Source: Octopus vulgaris
Lineage: Eukaryota
Direction of reading: 5' to 3'
Length of the DNA: 64,000 nucleotides
Assembly: GCA_951406725.2 (NCBI GenBank)
Contig: OX597817.1
Coordinates: 2,914,001-2,978,000 of the forward strand
Made by a program: the position numbers and the translations under genes. Of the stretch, positions 45,080 through 58,818 are shown piece after piece (position 1 is the stretch's first letter; every line of letters begins with the position of its first letter). A model generated the notes under the pieces. The model saw nothing but the letters and a program-made list of their open reading frames with translations. It ran no database searches and was not told where the DNA came from.

Positions 45080-46023
45080 ATCCGGAAAGGAACTCATAAA
45101 ATGATCACAGAGTACCTATACCTTAACGGACGAAAATATGGACATGGAATGTACCTGTTTATACCTCAAAGGTAACAAGGGTGTCATTGAAGTGGAATTA
45201 CTTCTACTATACCAAGGAAAGAAACCAGAACCAGTTACGGTGCTTGCCAAATTGAAGTAATGGTTAAAAGTGTATTATGATAAGGATTTGTGTGCGATTT
45301 AGCCAATGAAGTCCAGTCACTGACGAGAAAATCGCAACCGAGTCTATCACTAACCACGCGCTATTTTCTTAGAAAAAGAATAAGTATAATAGTGTATCTA
45401 GACAAGCTTTAGATACACTATGAATGCAGTATTGCGGTGACTGGCACACCTTTCACCATAGGCCTGTTGTTTGGTAAGGACTGACCTAGGGCTAAATAAT
45501 AGCAATACAGTATTAAGTTTTCTCACTAGTAAAATAGGTGACATGTTTACTCTACTCCCTTCAGTCGCAACTGCAATATCCATGAACTACCCAGTCCCAG
45601 CTTGCTAGAAATAGCAGCCAAATATCACTAAATAACAAATTATGATTGTAAAGTAACAGAAAGATATATTGAATGATATATGTAATGTAATATATATTAA
45701 AGATTATGGGATAATTCCCAGTAGAACGCCTTGGATCATAGTATTTTCAATTACGACTGACCTATGAATAAACAAAAGCTGTACTGTGCGTCTTTCTCAA
45801 GGATGCAGATCTTGTGAACTACTATGTTGCATCTATATTCTGCGGAAGAAATATGATAATATCGAAACGACTAACTGTAGTCATCTCACGTATTTGCTGG
45901 AACAATTAAAATAATATTAACCATTGATTAAGCTTTCCTTCACTGCATATTTAAATCTAATATGCTATTTAACGATCACTACGTGAAATACGTGAACGTG
46001 GACTTTATATGAATCTAATTAAT

Positions 46024-46315
46024 CATGGCCTGATGGCTAGAGTGTTGCACTGACGATCGTGTGGTCGTGGTTTCAATTCCTAGACCAAGCGGTGTGTTGT
46101 GTTCTTGAGCAAAATACTTCATCTCTCGTTGCTCTATAATCACTTCGACACCTGACGCGTGGCATACGGCGCACCTGTTTAGGCAACGTCGACTTGAAGG
46201 AGAGAGTGGGCCTCAAATGCACAGCACATACATTTTATTACTATGAACGAATCAGTTGTGCAAGGCGTTCGGTAAAAGCTGAAACACTCATACGTCGTCT
46301 TCGATGGGAGAATCC
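46024..46315 (+). mobile_element. tRNA-derived SINE family D (GTGTTCTTGAGCAAAA motif)
   Basis: A/B-box-like head then GTTGTGTTCTTGAGCAAAATACTTCAT. Relatives near 1835(-), 5730(-), 19020(-), 47775 and 49348. Confidence 0.7.
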
Positions 46316-46798
46316 TTCACAGAACGAAATTCGCTTTCTCTTTCGTTGCCCCAATGTCTATCGAATAAGAAACTGTAATAAATTGTGGTCTACAAATCTC
46401 TGATTTTGTGTTATTAAAAATAAGATATGATTTGTCTTATCAGGCCATCAAATGAAACACAGGCAAACATGGTTCCCAATAGAAATTTGATTAGGCTGTC
46501 GGGCCCTTTTTAGGGAGCTGGTTCAGTAGATAATCACGAGCTCCTGTTTGGCTCTTCAGGCCTCGAACTCCGACCTGAACACTTCTTCTGATAAGCACTG
46601 TTGGTAAAACACATTAGATAAGAAAAAAAAGTATCTAATTAAGTATATTTAATAAGCATTTCAGTAAATTACAATATATCCCATCTTAAACTCTATAGAT
46701 TTATCTTGTAGAAGTGCCAAGGAAAGACATAATATACCACTAAATTCGTAGAAATTTATGCCCAAATGTATGCGCACCCATGTTAGCAGCAGCTTACT

Positions 46799-47044
46799 CA
46801 AAAACTTGTATATACGCATGTAAGAAAATATGCGAAGGTAGGTTCCTTTTGACTTAGCAGGAGGCTTATGCATAAACAAGGTGAAGCAGGTATTTGAGAT
46901 TTCGCATAAGCATATATAGTGACATTTTGCATCATTTTGGAGAGGATGACGCACAATAATGACCAGATGTGATTTGAGCACAGAAATTATATTGGAAGGA
47001 GTTACGTTGTTTTCAAGTACCTGTATGCTTCCTGCACCTCTCAG

Positions 47045-47090
<46 letters not shown>

Positions 47091-49838
47091 TGCGCAGGAG
47101 TGGCTGAGAAACTTGCTTCCCAATCACATGGTTCCTGATTCAGTGCCACTGCGTGCCACCTTGGGCAAGTGCCTTCTGCTATAGCCTCGGGAGTGGATTT
47201 CGTATACGGAAACTGAAAGAAGCACGTTGCATATATATGTATATATTTGTGTGTGTGTTTGTGTTTTCCCGCCACCATCACTTGACAGCGAGTGTTGGTG
47301 TGTTAACGTCCCCGCAACGTTGCGGGTCGGCAAAAGACACCTATAGAATAAGTACTAGGCTTACAAAGAATAAGTCCTGGGGTCGATTTATTTGACTAAA
47401 TGTGGTGCTCCAGCATGGCCACAGTCAAACGACTAAAAAATTTTTTTTTAATAATAGTGTGTGTGTGCATTTTATGCACATTGCTAGCTTTTTCTTGTGA
47501 ATCGAGGTAGTTATGTCTCTACCTTTATATCTCTCTCACTATGTAACACTACCCTCATTTACGTATATATTCCGTTCTTTAGGCTTTAGCTTTACTCATA
47601 CTTTATACTTAATACTTGTTTCTACCTTTTATACATCTTAAATTTTTTACACCCTTCTTTCTTTACTCATCTTCCACCATACAATATAGAAAACATCCAA
47701 ACACTGCGCCTTTTTAGGAGTAGCCATACTTTGTTGATTAGTGTTACTATATAAATTATATATTTTAATCATGTGGAGGCCGGTGGCTTAGTGGCTAGTG
47801 TATCGAACTGAGGATCATAAGATTGCGTTTTTGATGACGGAGCGGACACTTCATTTCATGCTGCTCAAGTCTACTCGGCTGACATAATTGAGTGATCCTG
47901 CAACGAAGACGGGGATTTGGCAGCACCGTTGGTATGCTGGACATAGGCATTTCGTCCATTTTTACGTTATTAATTCTAATTCCATCGATGTCGACTGTCC
48001 CTTATATAACTTCATGAACACCTATATACTATATATACACACTCATTAATTTCTCCAATCCATTGTGACCTACTTTCCATTTTTCAGATGTAGTATTGGT
48101 ATAAAATCATGTCGAAATAATTAAAGAGTACATGTGGATAATCAGATTAAACCCACGGTCGTCACAGGTATGCATCTGTCCCTACAACTCCCAATTATGA
48201 TCATTGAGGAAGGATTTCCAATATGGTTAACCATATCTTAAAAACGCTATCATTTAATTACAACTTGAAAGGCTTTCATTTAATTACAATTTGAAAGCTA
48301 TTATAAATCAATCATTAGTCTTTTCTACATCTTAGTAACATATTTATTCCTAATATTGATATCTGATTCTAGATATCCAAACATAGGTTACTTGATAATA
48401 CATAATCTGGAAATCTTAAGTGTACATATCAAATATGTGTCTAAATTCTTAGTCACTCCTCATCACGATTTCTTGTCTACTAAGGCGTCAAATCTTTACA
48501 GATATCTCTACTAACCACAACGTGCATTATTAGCAAATTCAGAGAAATATATATTATCTGACAGTTTTCTTACAGTAAATTAAGAAGAGTTATATAAACT
48601 TATCAACTGTAGCGATTTTCGTTTTCTTCATATGTTTCGGAGAAATAACGTTATTTATCACATGACTAATTTGAAATATGCTGACCGTATTTTCTTCTTG
48701 AACTGTTGCTGTTCTTCTTGTAACTGCTGTTGATCCTTCTCCATTCTTCTCATGAACGTGTCAAAAACTTGTATGTATGCAATGTAAGTGTGTACGTAAA
48801 TATGCGAAGGTAGGTTCCTTTTGACTTTGCAGGAGGCTTATGCATAAAAAAAGAAGAAGCAGGTATTTGAGATTTCGCATAAGCATATATAGTGACATTT
48901 TGCATCATTTTGGAGAAGATGAGGCACAATAATGACCAGATGTGATTTGAGCATAAAAATATGTTGGAAGGAGTTAAGTTACTTGAAAATATCTGTATGC
49001 CTCTGCACCTCTCTGGTGACCTAAGTGTGTATATTTTATTCACGTTGTTTGCTTTTTCTGGTGAATCGAGGTTATTTTTATACCTTTATATCTCTCTCAC
49101 TGTTACTAAGTAACACTACACTCATTTACGTATATATTCCGTTCTTTAGGCTTTAGCTTTCTTCATACATTACACTTAATACTTGTTTCTAAGTTTTACA
49201 CATCTTAAGTCTTTTTCACCCTTCTTTTCTTACTTATCTTCTACCATATAATATATCAAACATCCAAACACTGCACCTTTTTAAGAGTAGCCATATTTTG
49301 TTGGTTAGTGTTACTATATAAATAATATATTACGCATTTTAGTCACGTGGAGGCACGTGGCTTTGCGGCTTAGCGGTTAGTGCATAGCACAGAGGATCAT
49401 AAGATTGCGTTTTTGATGACGAAGCGAGCACTTCATGTCATGCTTCTCAAACCTATTCGGCTGACAAAAGTGAGTTTTCCTGCGACGAAGGCGACGAGTT
49501 GACAGCATCGTTGGTATGCTCGGCGAAATGCTTATACGCATTTCGTCCATTTTTTTTACGTTATTAGTTCCAATTCCACCGACGTCGACTTGCCCTAACC
49601 TCACTTCAGGGTTGTAAAATAAGTAGCGGTTGAACACTTGAGTCAATGTAACCATCTTAATTCCTGCCTGAAATGTGAAACCAATATATTATACATTCTA
49701 AGTTCTATACTTCCAGAAGAGATCCCACGTGATCTATCAGTAGCGCTACACTGAATTCATGAACACCTGTATACTATATATACACACTCATTAATTTCTT
49801 CAATCCTTTGTGACCTACTTTCCATTTTTCAGATGTAG
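46799..49838 (+). repeat. Local direct duplication (units about 46799-48091 and 48762-49838)
   Basis: Collinear matches from CAAAAACTTGTAT to GACCTACTTTCCATTTTTCAGATGTAG, including a shared family D SINE. Confidence 0.85.
47091..47436 (+). mobile_element. SINE family B
   Basis: Homologous to 26365-26795 throughout. Present in only one unit of the local duplication. Confidence 0.85.
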
Positions 49839-50092
49839 GAGTGGCTGTGTGGTGAGTAGCTTGCTTACGAACCACATGGTTCTGGGTTCAGTCCCACTGC
49901 GTGACACCTTGGGCAAGTGTCTTCTACTATAGCCTCGGGCCGACCAATGCCTTGTGAGTGGATTTGGTAGACGGAAACTGAAAGAAGCCCGTCGTATATA
50001 TATATATATTATATATATGTATGTATATATATATATATATATGTGTGTGTGTATGTGTGTATATGTTTGTCCCTCCAAGATCGCTTGACAAC
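49837..50092 (+). mobile_element. SINE family B, 3'-truncated
   Basis: GGAGTGGCTGTGTGG...GGAAACTGAAAGAAGCCCGTCG plus internal microsatellite. Confidence 0.85.
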
Positions 50093-50773
50093 CTCTTCAT
50101 ATATTTGAGGTTGTTCTCAATTCTTTATCTCACCACACATTTCAAACTTCTATGCGTTTGGAATTCACCTTCATTTCCTATTACTCTAATGATTCACAAG
50201 ATGAAATGAAAGTTATTTTGCATAAATAATTTAACATTCAGCTAAAATATCAGTTTTATATATTACTAATATAAGTGCTAGATTGTCGTAAAGACTCGTT
50301 GAAATACTAAAATTTCCAATTTTAGATAAAGTACTAAACTTTTTTTTAAACGGAATGACACGTAGAAAATAAATTACAGTTTCGTGACATTTAAAAATCA
50401 GTGGCGCTCTTAGACTGTTTACTAGATTATTTGCTAATGAAGGTTCTCTCTGTATATAATTATCTACACAGCTCTGCTAGAAACATAGATCTATCTCCGT
50501 GGAAAATATGTATAAAATATATAGACTAATTATAATGTATGTGTCCCGACATATTTTCCCCACATGACATTTCGTCTTTGCTAGTTATCTATAACAAATA
50601 TACAAATGAGCGAATATATGGAAAAGGTGAGCCAAATATGTAGGCGTTTGATTTGGCATGAAGAGAAATTATATCATTGAAAAAAAGAAACGAAATGAAG
50701 CTATGTTTAATGTCCGGTCTAAGATCTGTTATTGCCAAATCGGAAAACCAAAATAACAAGAGAAAATTATGTA

Positions 50774-50965
50774 AGGCGGCGTTGCCGCGCCGGACCAAAT
50801 GCTTGGCGGCATTTCTTCCAACATTACGTTTTGAGATCAAATGCTGCCGAGGTCGACTTTGGTTTTTATTCTTTCGAGATTGATAAAATATGTACCAGTT
50901 GAGCACTGGGGTCGCTGTAATCGACTGAAACACCTTCCCCGTAATGGTTGGCTTTGTGCCAAAAC
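50774..50965 (+). mobile_element. Degenerate family A SINE
   Basis: AAATGCTTGGCGGCATTTC...GCCGAGGTCGACTTTG...GTACCAGTTGAGCACTGGGGTCG. Confidence 0.7.
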
Positions 50966-51146
50966 CTACATTATTGGAATAATGTATTGATAGAAATGCT
51001 ATTATGCAAGTTATTTTTACGTCTCTTTACGTTCCAAGTTCAAATTCTAGTGAGATCATTTTGCCTGCTTTTAATCTGTCTGCATAGAGAAAGTAAGTAC
51101 CAACGAAATACAACTAAGTAACTTTCCAAAATTATACGGATTTATA

Positions 51147-51378
51147 TATTTCTTTACTACCCACAAGGGGCTAAACACAGAGGGGACAAACAAGGACAGA
51201 CAAACGGATTAAGTCGATTACACCTATCCCAGTGCGTAACTGGTACTTGATTTATCGACCCCGAAAGGATGAAAGGCAAAGTCGACCTCGGCGGAATTTG
51301 AACTCAGAACGCAGCGGCGGATGAAATACTGCAAAGCATTTCGCCCGGTGTGCTAACGTTTCTGCCAGCTCGCCGCCT
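51147..51378 (-). mobile_element. Family A SINE, young, 24-bp TSD
   Basis: TTTCCAAAATTATACGGATTTATA at 51123-51146 and 51379-51402. Confidence 0.9.
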
Positions 51379-51919
51379 TTTCCAAAATTATACGGATTTA
51401 TACTAAAGACAAAAATCAATATGATGTTACGTTTTGTCGTCGTCGCCGTATGATAAGAGGTACAATCGTGACGAATAGGTTTCAATTCTCAGTTAATACA
51501 AATTCATTTCTGTAAATAAGGCTATTAAGACTAGGTTGAATGCTACAGTATTTCATTTTAGCCTTTTTTCAGAATATGAACTTGAGAAAATGAAAGTAGC
51601 ATTACGTTTTACATGAAAGTATGGCTCATAGAATACACAAAGATGTTCTTTGTATCATGTCTACGAAACTAGCTTTGGTGAGTCAACGAAGATTGTAAAA
51701 CATAGGATCATTACTCAGGTTTCGATTTTCACTTGAAATTTATAATTTTTAGTCTAAAAGAAAAGTATATTCTGGAAAAATGTTAACAAAATTTGAAGAG
51801 ATGAAATTTCTCATGTGTGACATATTGAATTACAGAAAGCTAGATTAGAATACCATGATATATGTGCATAAGTAAGCAATAAATATATAATCATATTGAT
51901 GTTATATTTTAATCTCACT

Positions 51920-51949
51920 GTATTATTTTTCCTTTTTATTTTCTACCAG
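51920..51949 (+). promoter_or_regulatory. Strong 3' splice acceptor, probably starting a 5'UTR exon of the SLCO gene
   Basis: Polypyrimidine tract tattattttt cctttttatt ttctac followed by CAG|G at 51949/51950, about 1.1 kb upstream of the ATG. Confidence 0.5.
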
Positions 51950-52787
51950 GTCTTTACAGTTTAATAAGAAACGAGAACAGAATACGAAGCGAAGAGGAAA
52001 ACACAAAAACACTTGAAAAGGATTTTCCTAATTTGAAAAATACTCCTACGACATATAATTAGCTGCAGCTCTTTTATGTTTTATATATAATGAAAAAGAG
52101 CAATAACTCTAAAAGATTATTCGAAATTGAGACAGTATATTAGTAGGCGTACCTTTAGATAAGCTTATAAATTGGATAAATATCAAAGAAACTCTTAAAG
52201 ACCGTTATTGTTACTTCTTGCCGTCCAGAAAATAACTGATTTCTAAAATCAAAACAAATCGGAACTGGTTGTTTTGTCTTTTCCCCACTTATTCAGTCTC
52301 CCTTTTTGATACAACCATAAATCGAAAGTATTTGTATTCGTATCATGACCAAAAATATATTCTACTACAAAAATCAAACTTAACTGAATCTAATTTAGAT
52401 GTGTGTGTATCTGAGAGCCAGTATATAATTTGTAGCAAATATATATATGCTATATACATAATCATGTAAATTTAGCATGCGTCATAGACTTTTTATAATC
52501 ATTGTGTTAAGCACTCTATAAAGATAGAATTTTATATTAAACGTGATATACATATCATTTCACTTGTCCATTCCATTAAGCCGAAGTGTCAGGGATGGGC
52601 TCGAATGAGTTAAAATGCGGTGTAAAGTAGTACTACCTGTAATTTCCGCATCCTTTGTTTGATGGCTCTAGCAGTCTCTTAAAAATGGAGAGGAACTCGT
52701 TTATAGTTTAATAAGCTTCGAGTATTATTAGAAATAGTATTCATAAATTCCTTATTTGGCTACATTCCGGTCATTCGTTTCTAATAG

Positions 52788-52894
52788 ATATTAAATTTAC
52801 ATATAATCATTTCATAAACACATACGTTTTAGAATATCAGTTCGAACGCCGATTTGATCTCGAATCTGTGAAATCGGAAGTAGTTTGTTCATTT
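52788..52894 (+). pseudogene. Degenerate copy of an SLCO/OATP exon-2-like segment upstream of coding exon 1
   Basis: Frame reads KFTYNHFINTYVLEYQFERRFDLESVKSEVVCSF versus OATP4-type [33 protein letters not shown] (recalled). Bounded by TAG at 52785-52787 and GTAAGT at 52895. Confidence 0.55.
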
Positions 52895-53093
52895 GTAAGT
52901 TTGTATATATATATAAAAGTTAAAAAATATATATATTCCACAAATGCAAAATGAATAAATAATAATACCCTTTTTTTTCTTCTTTTTGCCATGCTAACAA
53001 AGATTGTAAAAGACAATCAAAAGTAAACGATAAGTAAAAGGTAATTGCCTGTTTTAGTTTTTCAAGTTAATATATTTTCCTAAATTCACGAAC

Positions 53094-53318
53094 ATGACTG
53101 GGCCAATATCATATACAGCCATGAGTGAAAATGGCGGTATTTCTCCGCCTGAGAAAAATGGCAAGTTACCGACTTGCCATACAAGACTTCCTCCTGATAA
53201 CATGGACGATAATATTAATGTAAAATGTGGATGGGGCTCTATACGGCCTTCGTTATGTCAAAGATTTGGACATCCCAAATGGATTTTGTTTCTACTAAGC
53301 CTTGCAGGGGCAGCTCAG
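53094..53318 (+). CDS. First coding exon of an organic anion transporting polypeptide (SLCO/OATP, SLCO4-like); gene continues beyond a long intron
   Basis: 75 codons MTGPISY...VKCGWGSIRPSLCQRFGHPKWILFLLSLAGAAQ match the OATP N-terminal pattern CGWxxxRPxxxQxxxxPKWxLxxL leading into TM1. Ends in a consensus donor CAG|GTAAGT at 53319 (phase 0). Confidence 0.88.
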
Positions 53319-53610
53319 GTAAGTTGTTTTTGTAAAATATATTGAACTTTTGTTGCATTTTTTTATAAAAGTAATATTTCGAATGAATCGACATCGGTAC
53401 AATTTCACCAATGTGGTATTTTAAAAACATTCGTTGCTATTATGTTAAACTGTCGTTTGTCAAAATGTGGCCAAATGCGTTTTCTTCAATATTTATTTTT
53501 GCTTGCATTAGCCGGTTCTTTTGGTCAAACTATCGCATCTCCAGCCAAAATATCAAAAATTGTCAAGGTGTAGTACAACGGTTTTGCTATGGAATGGTGA
53601 AACTATTTTT

Positions 53611-54022
53611 GGATCTTTTCGGTTTGAACGGCAGTTTTTAAAAATAATTTCCACGTAACTAAACACTTTTAAACTTCGTATACTGGTAGAATGTGTTTAT
53701 AAAACATCTTTTTCTCTTGGCTTTATTGAGAAAATTCTATAGTTTGTAAGATATTTGTTGTGTTTTTTTCTTCAGTTTCTGCAATTTCAACCAATCAATG
53801 ACGTATATTGAAGTGAAAACATTCTGTGCCGTATGAATATGTCCCTCGTTTAAGAAACAGATTGGGTTTATTTACATTTGTGAAGAAAAAAAGATACCCT
53901 TCCTCCACCCCTAAGCCTAAAACAGATTGAAATGCAATAGATCGATACTAGGGTCATAATTATGGGTGACAATTTCATATGACACCGCTAGAAAAAAACT
54001 GCCGTTCAAACCGAAAAGATCC
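53611..54022. mobile_element. MITE, Merlin-like, copy 2 (in the SLCO intron)
   Basis: Same TIRs; perfect 8-bp TSD CTATTTTT at 53603-53610 and 54023-54030. Confidence 0.9.
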
Positions 54023-57000
54023 CTATTTTTTCATTTTCTGAAAAAGCAACGTTTTGGACTTAGACACTTTTGCATAATAGCAATATTTCTCCCCACCTTC
54101 AGTATCTTCTTTCAGTATAAAGAACATCTGAGGAACCAAATTTAATATTCAGTTGATAAAGTTCTTAAAATTAGATAGATTTGTGTATCGCGTGGATTTA
54201 CGGTACAGAAGTCTTACTTTACGAATTAATATTAACTTTTTTCTTTTCGACAGTTGTAATTTTTATATTTTAATATAGTTTACACACTTCACTAAATTTT
54301 GTTGAACATTTCAAAATAATTTTATATTTTAATTGTCATTTCACCGAAAACTTTGATAAGAATCCAATTTTTATTTAATTTCTTTCTTTCTTTAATCTTT
54401 GACACGGGTACAAAAGAATATTCGGAAAGGTTATCTTTTCTTTCTTTTCACATTTCACTGCACTTTATTTAAACTGTCCGTTGTTCTTTCCACCTCTACG
54501 TTTTACTTCTTTCACGAAATATTATTTTTCATAAATATTATTATAATGATGTGGCGGCTCGAAGAATTTTTATTGCCATATATTGTATGCAAATGAGTGC
54601 ATTAGCCGAGCATGATTAAAATCGGATGAAAAACAAACGACTGTTGCCAACAGTGATTTCTAATTTATGTTGACATTTACCTTTTTCATATGACTATCCC
54701 CTCATCCTCCACCAGGATTATAATTTTTTTTCTCAATTCACTTTCGATTCATAACACTTCTAAAATCGATCCCCAGTAATATTGTTTTGTTTTTTTTTGC
54801 AAATTAGATTTTTTTGCTGATTGTTTTTATTCGAACCAGATATATGTTTGACATATTTGGAAAGAGGAGAAAAAAAAGACAGCTGTAAAAATATTATTAG
54901 ATTAAACCATAAATTGACGCAGACGACGTTCTTTTGTCTTCTTCGTTGTAGACATCTGTTACATGTAATAAATTAAATTAAAATTCTTTTGATTAGTTGA
55001 CCCTATAGATTCTAATTGACTTTTAAATAATACTTACAATATCACCTCCCCCTCTACTCTTAATTGCGATTCTCAGCAACCCAGATAATGTGCTTTTATC
55101 ATTGTATAGAGCATCGTTTGAAATTTTAATTGCTTCGCGATCACACTCCTGATAAGACTTTCATTAGATGGCATTGCGTTGCTTAATAATGACGATTATT
55201 ATATAATAGAGTGCAACATATGTGTGTCTTATGACTCAGCAATTCACAAAATCGATCGTATTTACATAGTCTAAAGGCATTCAGCCAAACTAATCTATTA
55301 TCCAGTAAATACTTAATATTCGGACATCTCTGTTATAATGTAAGCGTGGGAGATGGATAGGCGGAATCGTTAGATCGTCGGAAAGAAATTCCTAGCGGAA
55401 TCTTTTCGACTGCCAACGTTCAAATCACGGTTAGGTTTAACTTTTCCTTTCTTTCCTCCGGGTTCGATGAAATAAACTACTAACCCTTCCTCTATAAAAT
55501 GAACGTAGTGCGACGCTTTTACTGATAAACGTAAGTACAGTCACTGACACACAGACACGTATAGGAATTATGTGTACATAGAGATGTCTGACTACTACGG
55601 TTACATTTAGAGTTCCACGTAGATTTTCATAATCCAATTTGCTTCCTGTATAGTTGTTAAGTAACTTCTACACTGAGTAGTATTGCTAGTTATGAACTAC
55701 AGAGGAACTGTTGGAAAAATAAGGATACGCACCAGTTTATAAAGCTTTTACGCGCGTTTCACTATTATGATCATCTGGAGCCCTGCGATTGATGATTCAA
55801 ATGCATATAGATGCTCAACCCCGACGAATCCTCAAGGAAAACTTCATTTTAGCAAGTTACAGACAACTATGTCCAAAGTTGAGTGGCTGGCGAGGCATTT
55901 TGTCATCATTTTAGGATGGAAATAGAAAGCAAAAGGATATCTATGCAAGCGTAACGAGATTCCGCGGAGTTCCCAACTTATAAATTCCAGATATAAGTTA
56001 TTGGCAAACAGTTGAAGGTCCTTGCCCAAGGTGTTGTGCAGTGGAATTGAACCCAGAATCATATTGTTGCAGAGTAACAATATGATCACGCAGACATAAC
56101 TCTATAGTTGGTTATCGTAAATGTTTTGAACAATTTTGGAAGAGTGTAACTGTTGATGCGTCCTCCACCTCATCGCAGTGTGGAATAATTGAAGCAAACT
56201 TTTGTGATTCGAAGCAGAAATCAGTTCCTGGAAGTTCTGAAGGCACGTGATATCCCATTTCTCCACCTTACAAAACTTATTACAAATCGAAATTTGAGTC
56301 CACCTTCGATATTTCTTGTCCATTGAAAACCATTGAAATCGATAATGATCCTCTGCTCGTGAACCTTTTGATGAATGTTCTTCTTGAAGAGCAGCACGGT
56401 TAGAAGCGCAGCCTTCCATATTAGGGAAATAATAACTATTTTCTTTTTCACCCCTTTCGCAAATATACTGCTGATAAGAACTAGCACGATACTGAAGGTC
56501 AGTGAATAAATGTTCACTACATAAATCTTCGGAATATTGTGCACCATGAAAATTCTCTATCTACACACACACACACACACACATATACATATATATATAT
56601 ACACACAAACACATTAAAATAGATTTATATGCATTTATATTCAGTTGCCTATATTCGGTAGTAGGTACGTATCTGAACATGCAGGTGCCCCATAAAATCG
56701 ACGCACACATCAGTGTGCACATGCATGCTAGCATCCAGGCATATATTTGTACAAATCAGCATGGAAGGTAGTTGCTCACAAATACAGATGCACACGCCGC
56801 TCTCGCAAGCATGTATAGGCACAAACATGAATTTGCACATTACTGCGCGATTATACATGGCCGCATGTTCCCAAATTGATCTAGCGTGTGAATGGTCTTC
56901 AATCTGAACGGATAAATCAAGTCAGTTAATACAGAAGGTAGTAACCTTACTAAAGAATTACACATTCGATATATGTATAATGTGCGTGCGTATTTCTGTG

Positions 57001-58631
57001 TGTAATTATATATGCACACGGGCGAATGCATAATCTAATTAAGTTTCTAATTAAAAATCATGGCAATGAAGAAATGAATGTTGGTGGGGATGACGGTTTT
57101 ATTGTTTGGGTCTTATATCTGCCGAAAACAACAAAGCTTATTAATAACTATTTTTTTTACTAAACATCAATTTTAAGTCGTTCATCCCCAGGTCAGTCCT
57201 GATTAAGCAGGCATGTGATCAAAAGTATTCAGCCATGACAGGCCAAATTTTTTTTTATATATATCTATACATTTTTTTGTATTTTTAGACAATCTAAAGC
57301 TATATTGCCCATTCACTACGTCTTTTCTCTTTGAAGAAGATAGTGGAGTGGTCCGAGGGAGAATTTGCTATTTGTAGCCGGTCAAGCAACCGTATAAACT
57401 TCCTCCTTGGCTCATCAAATTACATTTTGTTGAGGTAATATGGCGATTGTATCGATCTCATTATAGCATTTACTGATTCCTCTCCCTCTCTTAATTCACA
57501 GACGTATCGCTGCACAGAATAATTTTTTAATAGTCCCAAAGCTCCTAATATTTTAGAAGAATGAAATTTAAAGATGTCTTGAACTTTCTCGAGGGTATTG
57601 GGAACGTAAAGGAAGCGAAAGTGGCGTCGTGCAAGATTCGAAACTACGTTCTTTCCCCTCCGCTCTTTCTTTCACTGGGAGCTATTATCTTACTACGTGG
57701 CACGCGTCTGTATTGTAAAACGTATTAACTGACGTTATTAATCACTCTGAAGTTTTAAACCTTTTATAAGAAACCTGTTAATCCACTAAAAGCTAATTGT
57801 TTAAAACCATAATTAATGTCAAAGCGGGAAGAGGAGAATTAGAGAAATAGAACTCCGGTGATTTAATCCACCCCCACTCTTTTCACTCCTTTCTTTTATT
57901 ACTTACTCCTGTTCTCATTCACATTTTCCTCCCAGCTTTCATCCTGTACATTCACACTTATTCAGCAAAAGCTAACAAGAGGATTTGTCTCTCTTTAAAA
58001 TCCCTTACATGTAAGACCATCCTAGAGAAGCTATATTATTACTAACCGAATTACATTTGATGTAGGATTTACTTATTAAAATCTTGTTCATCAAATAAAA
58101 ATATCCTGTTTCCACCTTTGATTTCTCTAGCTGCTATGATATTTTCACTCTTCCACTCCAGCCTTTATATCATACACACTGATTTTCTACATTTCCTTAT
58201 AGATGTAGTTGCTATGGCTTCATTATGCTTAACATGTTGCAATACACTTGTACAGTTTGATTAATCTCATTATATTTTTTCTTCAAGGTTAAATATATTT
58301 GCCGTAAAAACTACGTCCTTCATAACTTTTTGGTGGGGGTGGGATTAAGTACCAGTAACATGCCGTGCTGATTACATTTCTCTCTAGTATAATAAATGGT
58401 AAATAACTAAGAGATCCTGCAAACACATTCATAAGAGGCATAAGTCCCCCTATTTCAAAACTCGATAATTTCGAAGGCAGGATTTTAACCTGGCATCGTA
58501 AACTAACGAAATACTAATTAGTTTCTAAACGATTAAACAGTAATATAGAGAATCACTGAACACATTCGAACACACGAATCTTAATCATCAGGCCTAATTC
58601 GACTCTACGTATAGATACAGTGATGTTAGAA

Positions 58632-58818
58632 CAGTGCTCTGCAACCTGTATGCCACAGCACACTTGTGTGCCACGAGACGATGCTAGGTGTGCTGCAGTG
58701 TAACTTGAATATAATTTTTTTCCCTATAGTTTTAGTTATATTTTTGGTTCAGGTGAGCCGCCAAATTTTGAAAAGAAAATAAGTGTACCGTAAGTGAAAA
58801 AATAGCTGCTAAACACTG
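58632..58818. mobile_element. hAT-type MITE
   Basis: CAGTG...AAACACTG termini, internal GTGCC/GCACAC motifs, 8-bp flanks TGTTAGAA/CGCTAGAA. Confidence 0.65.
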
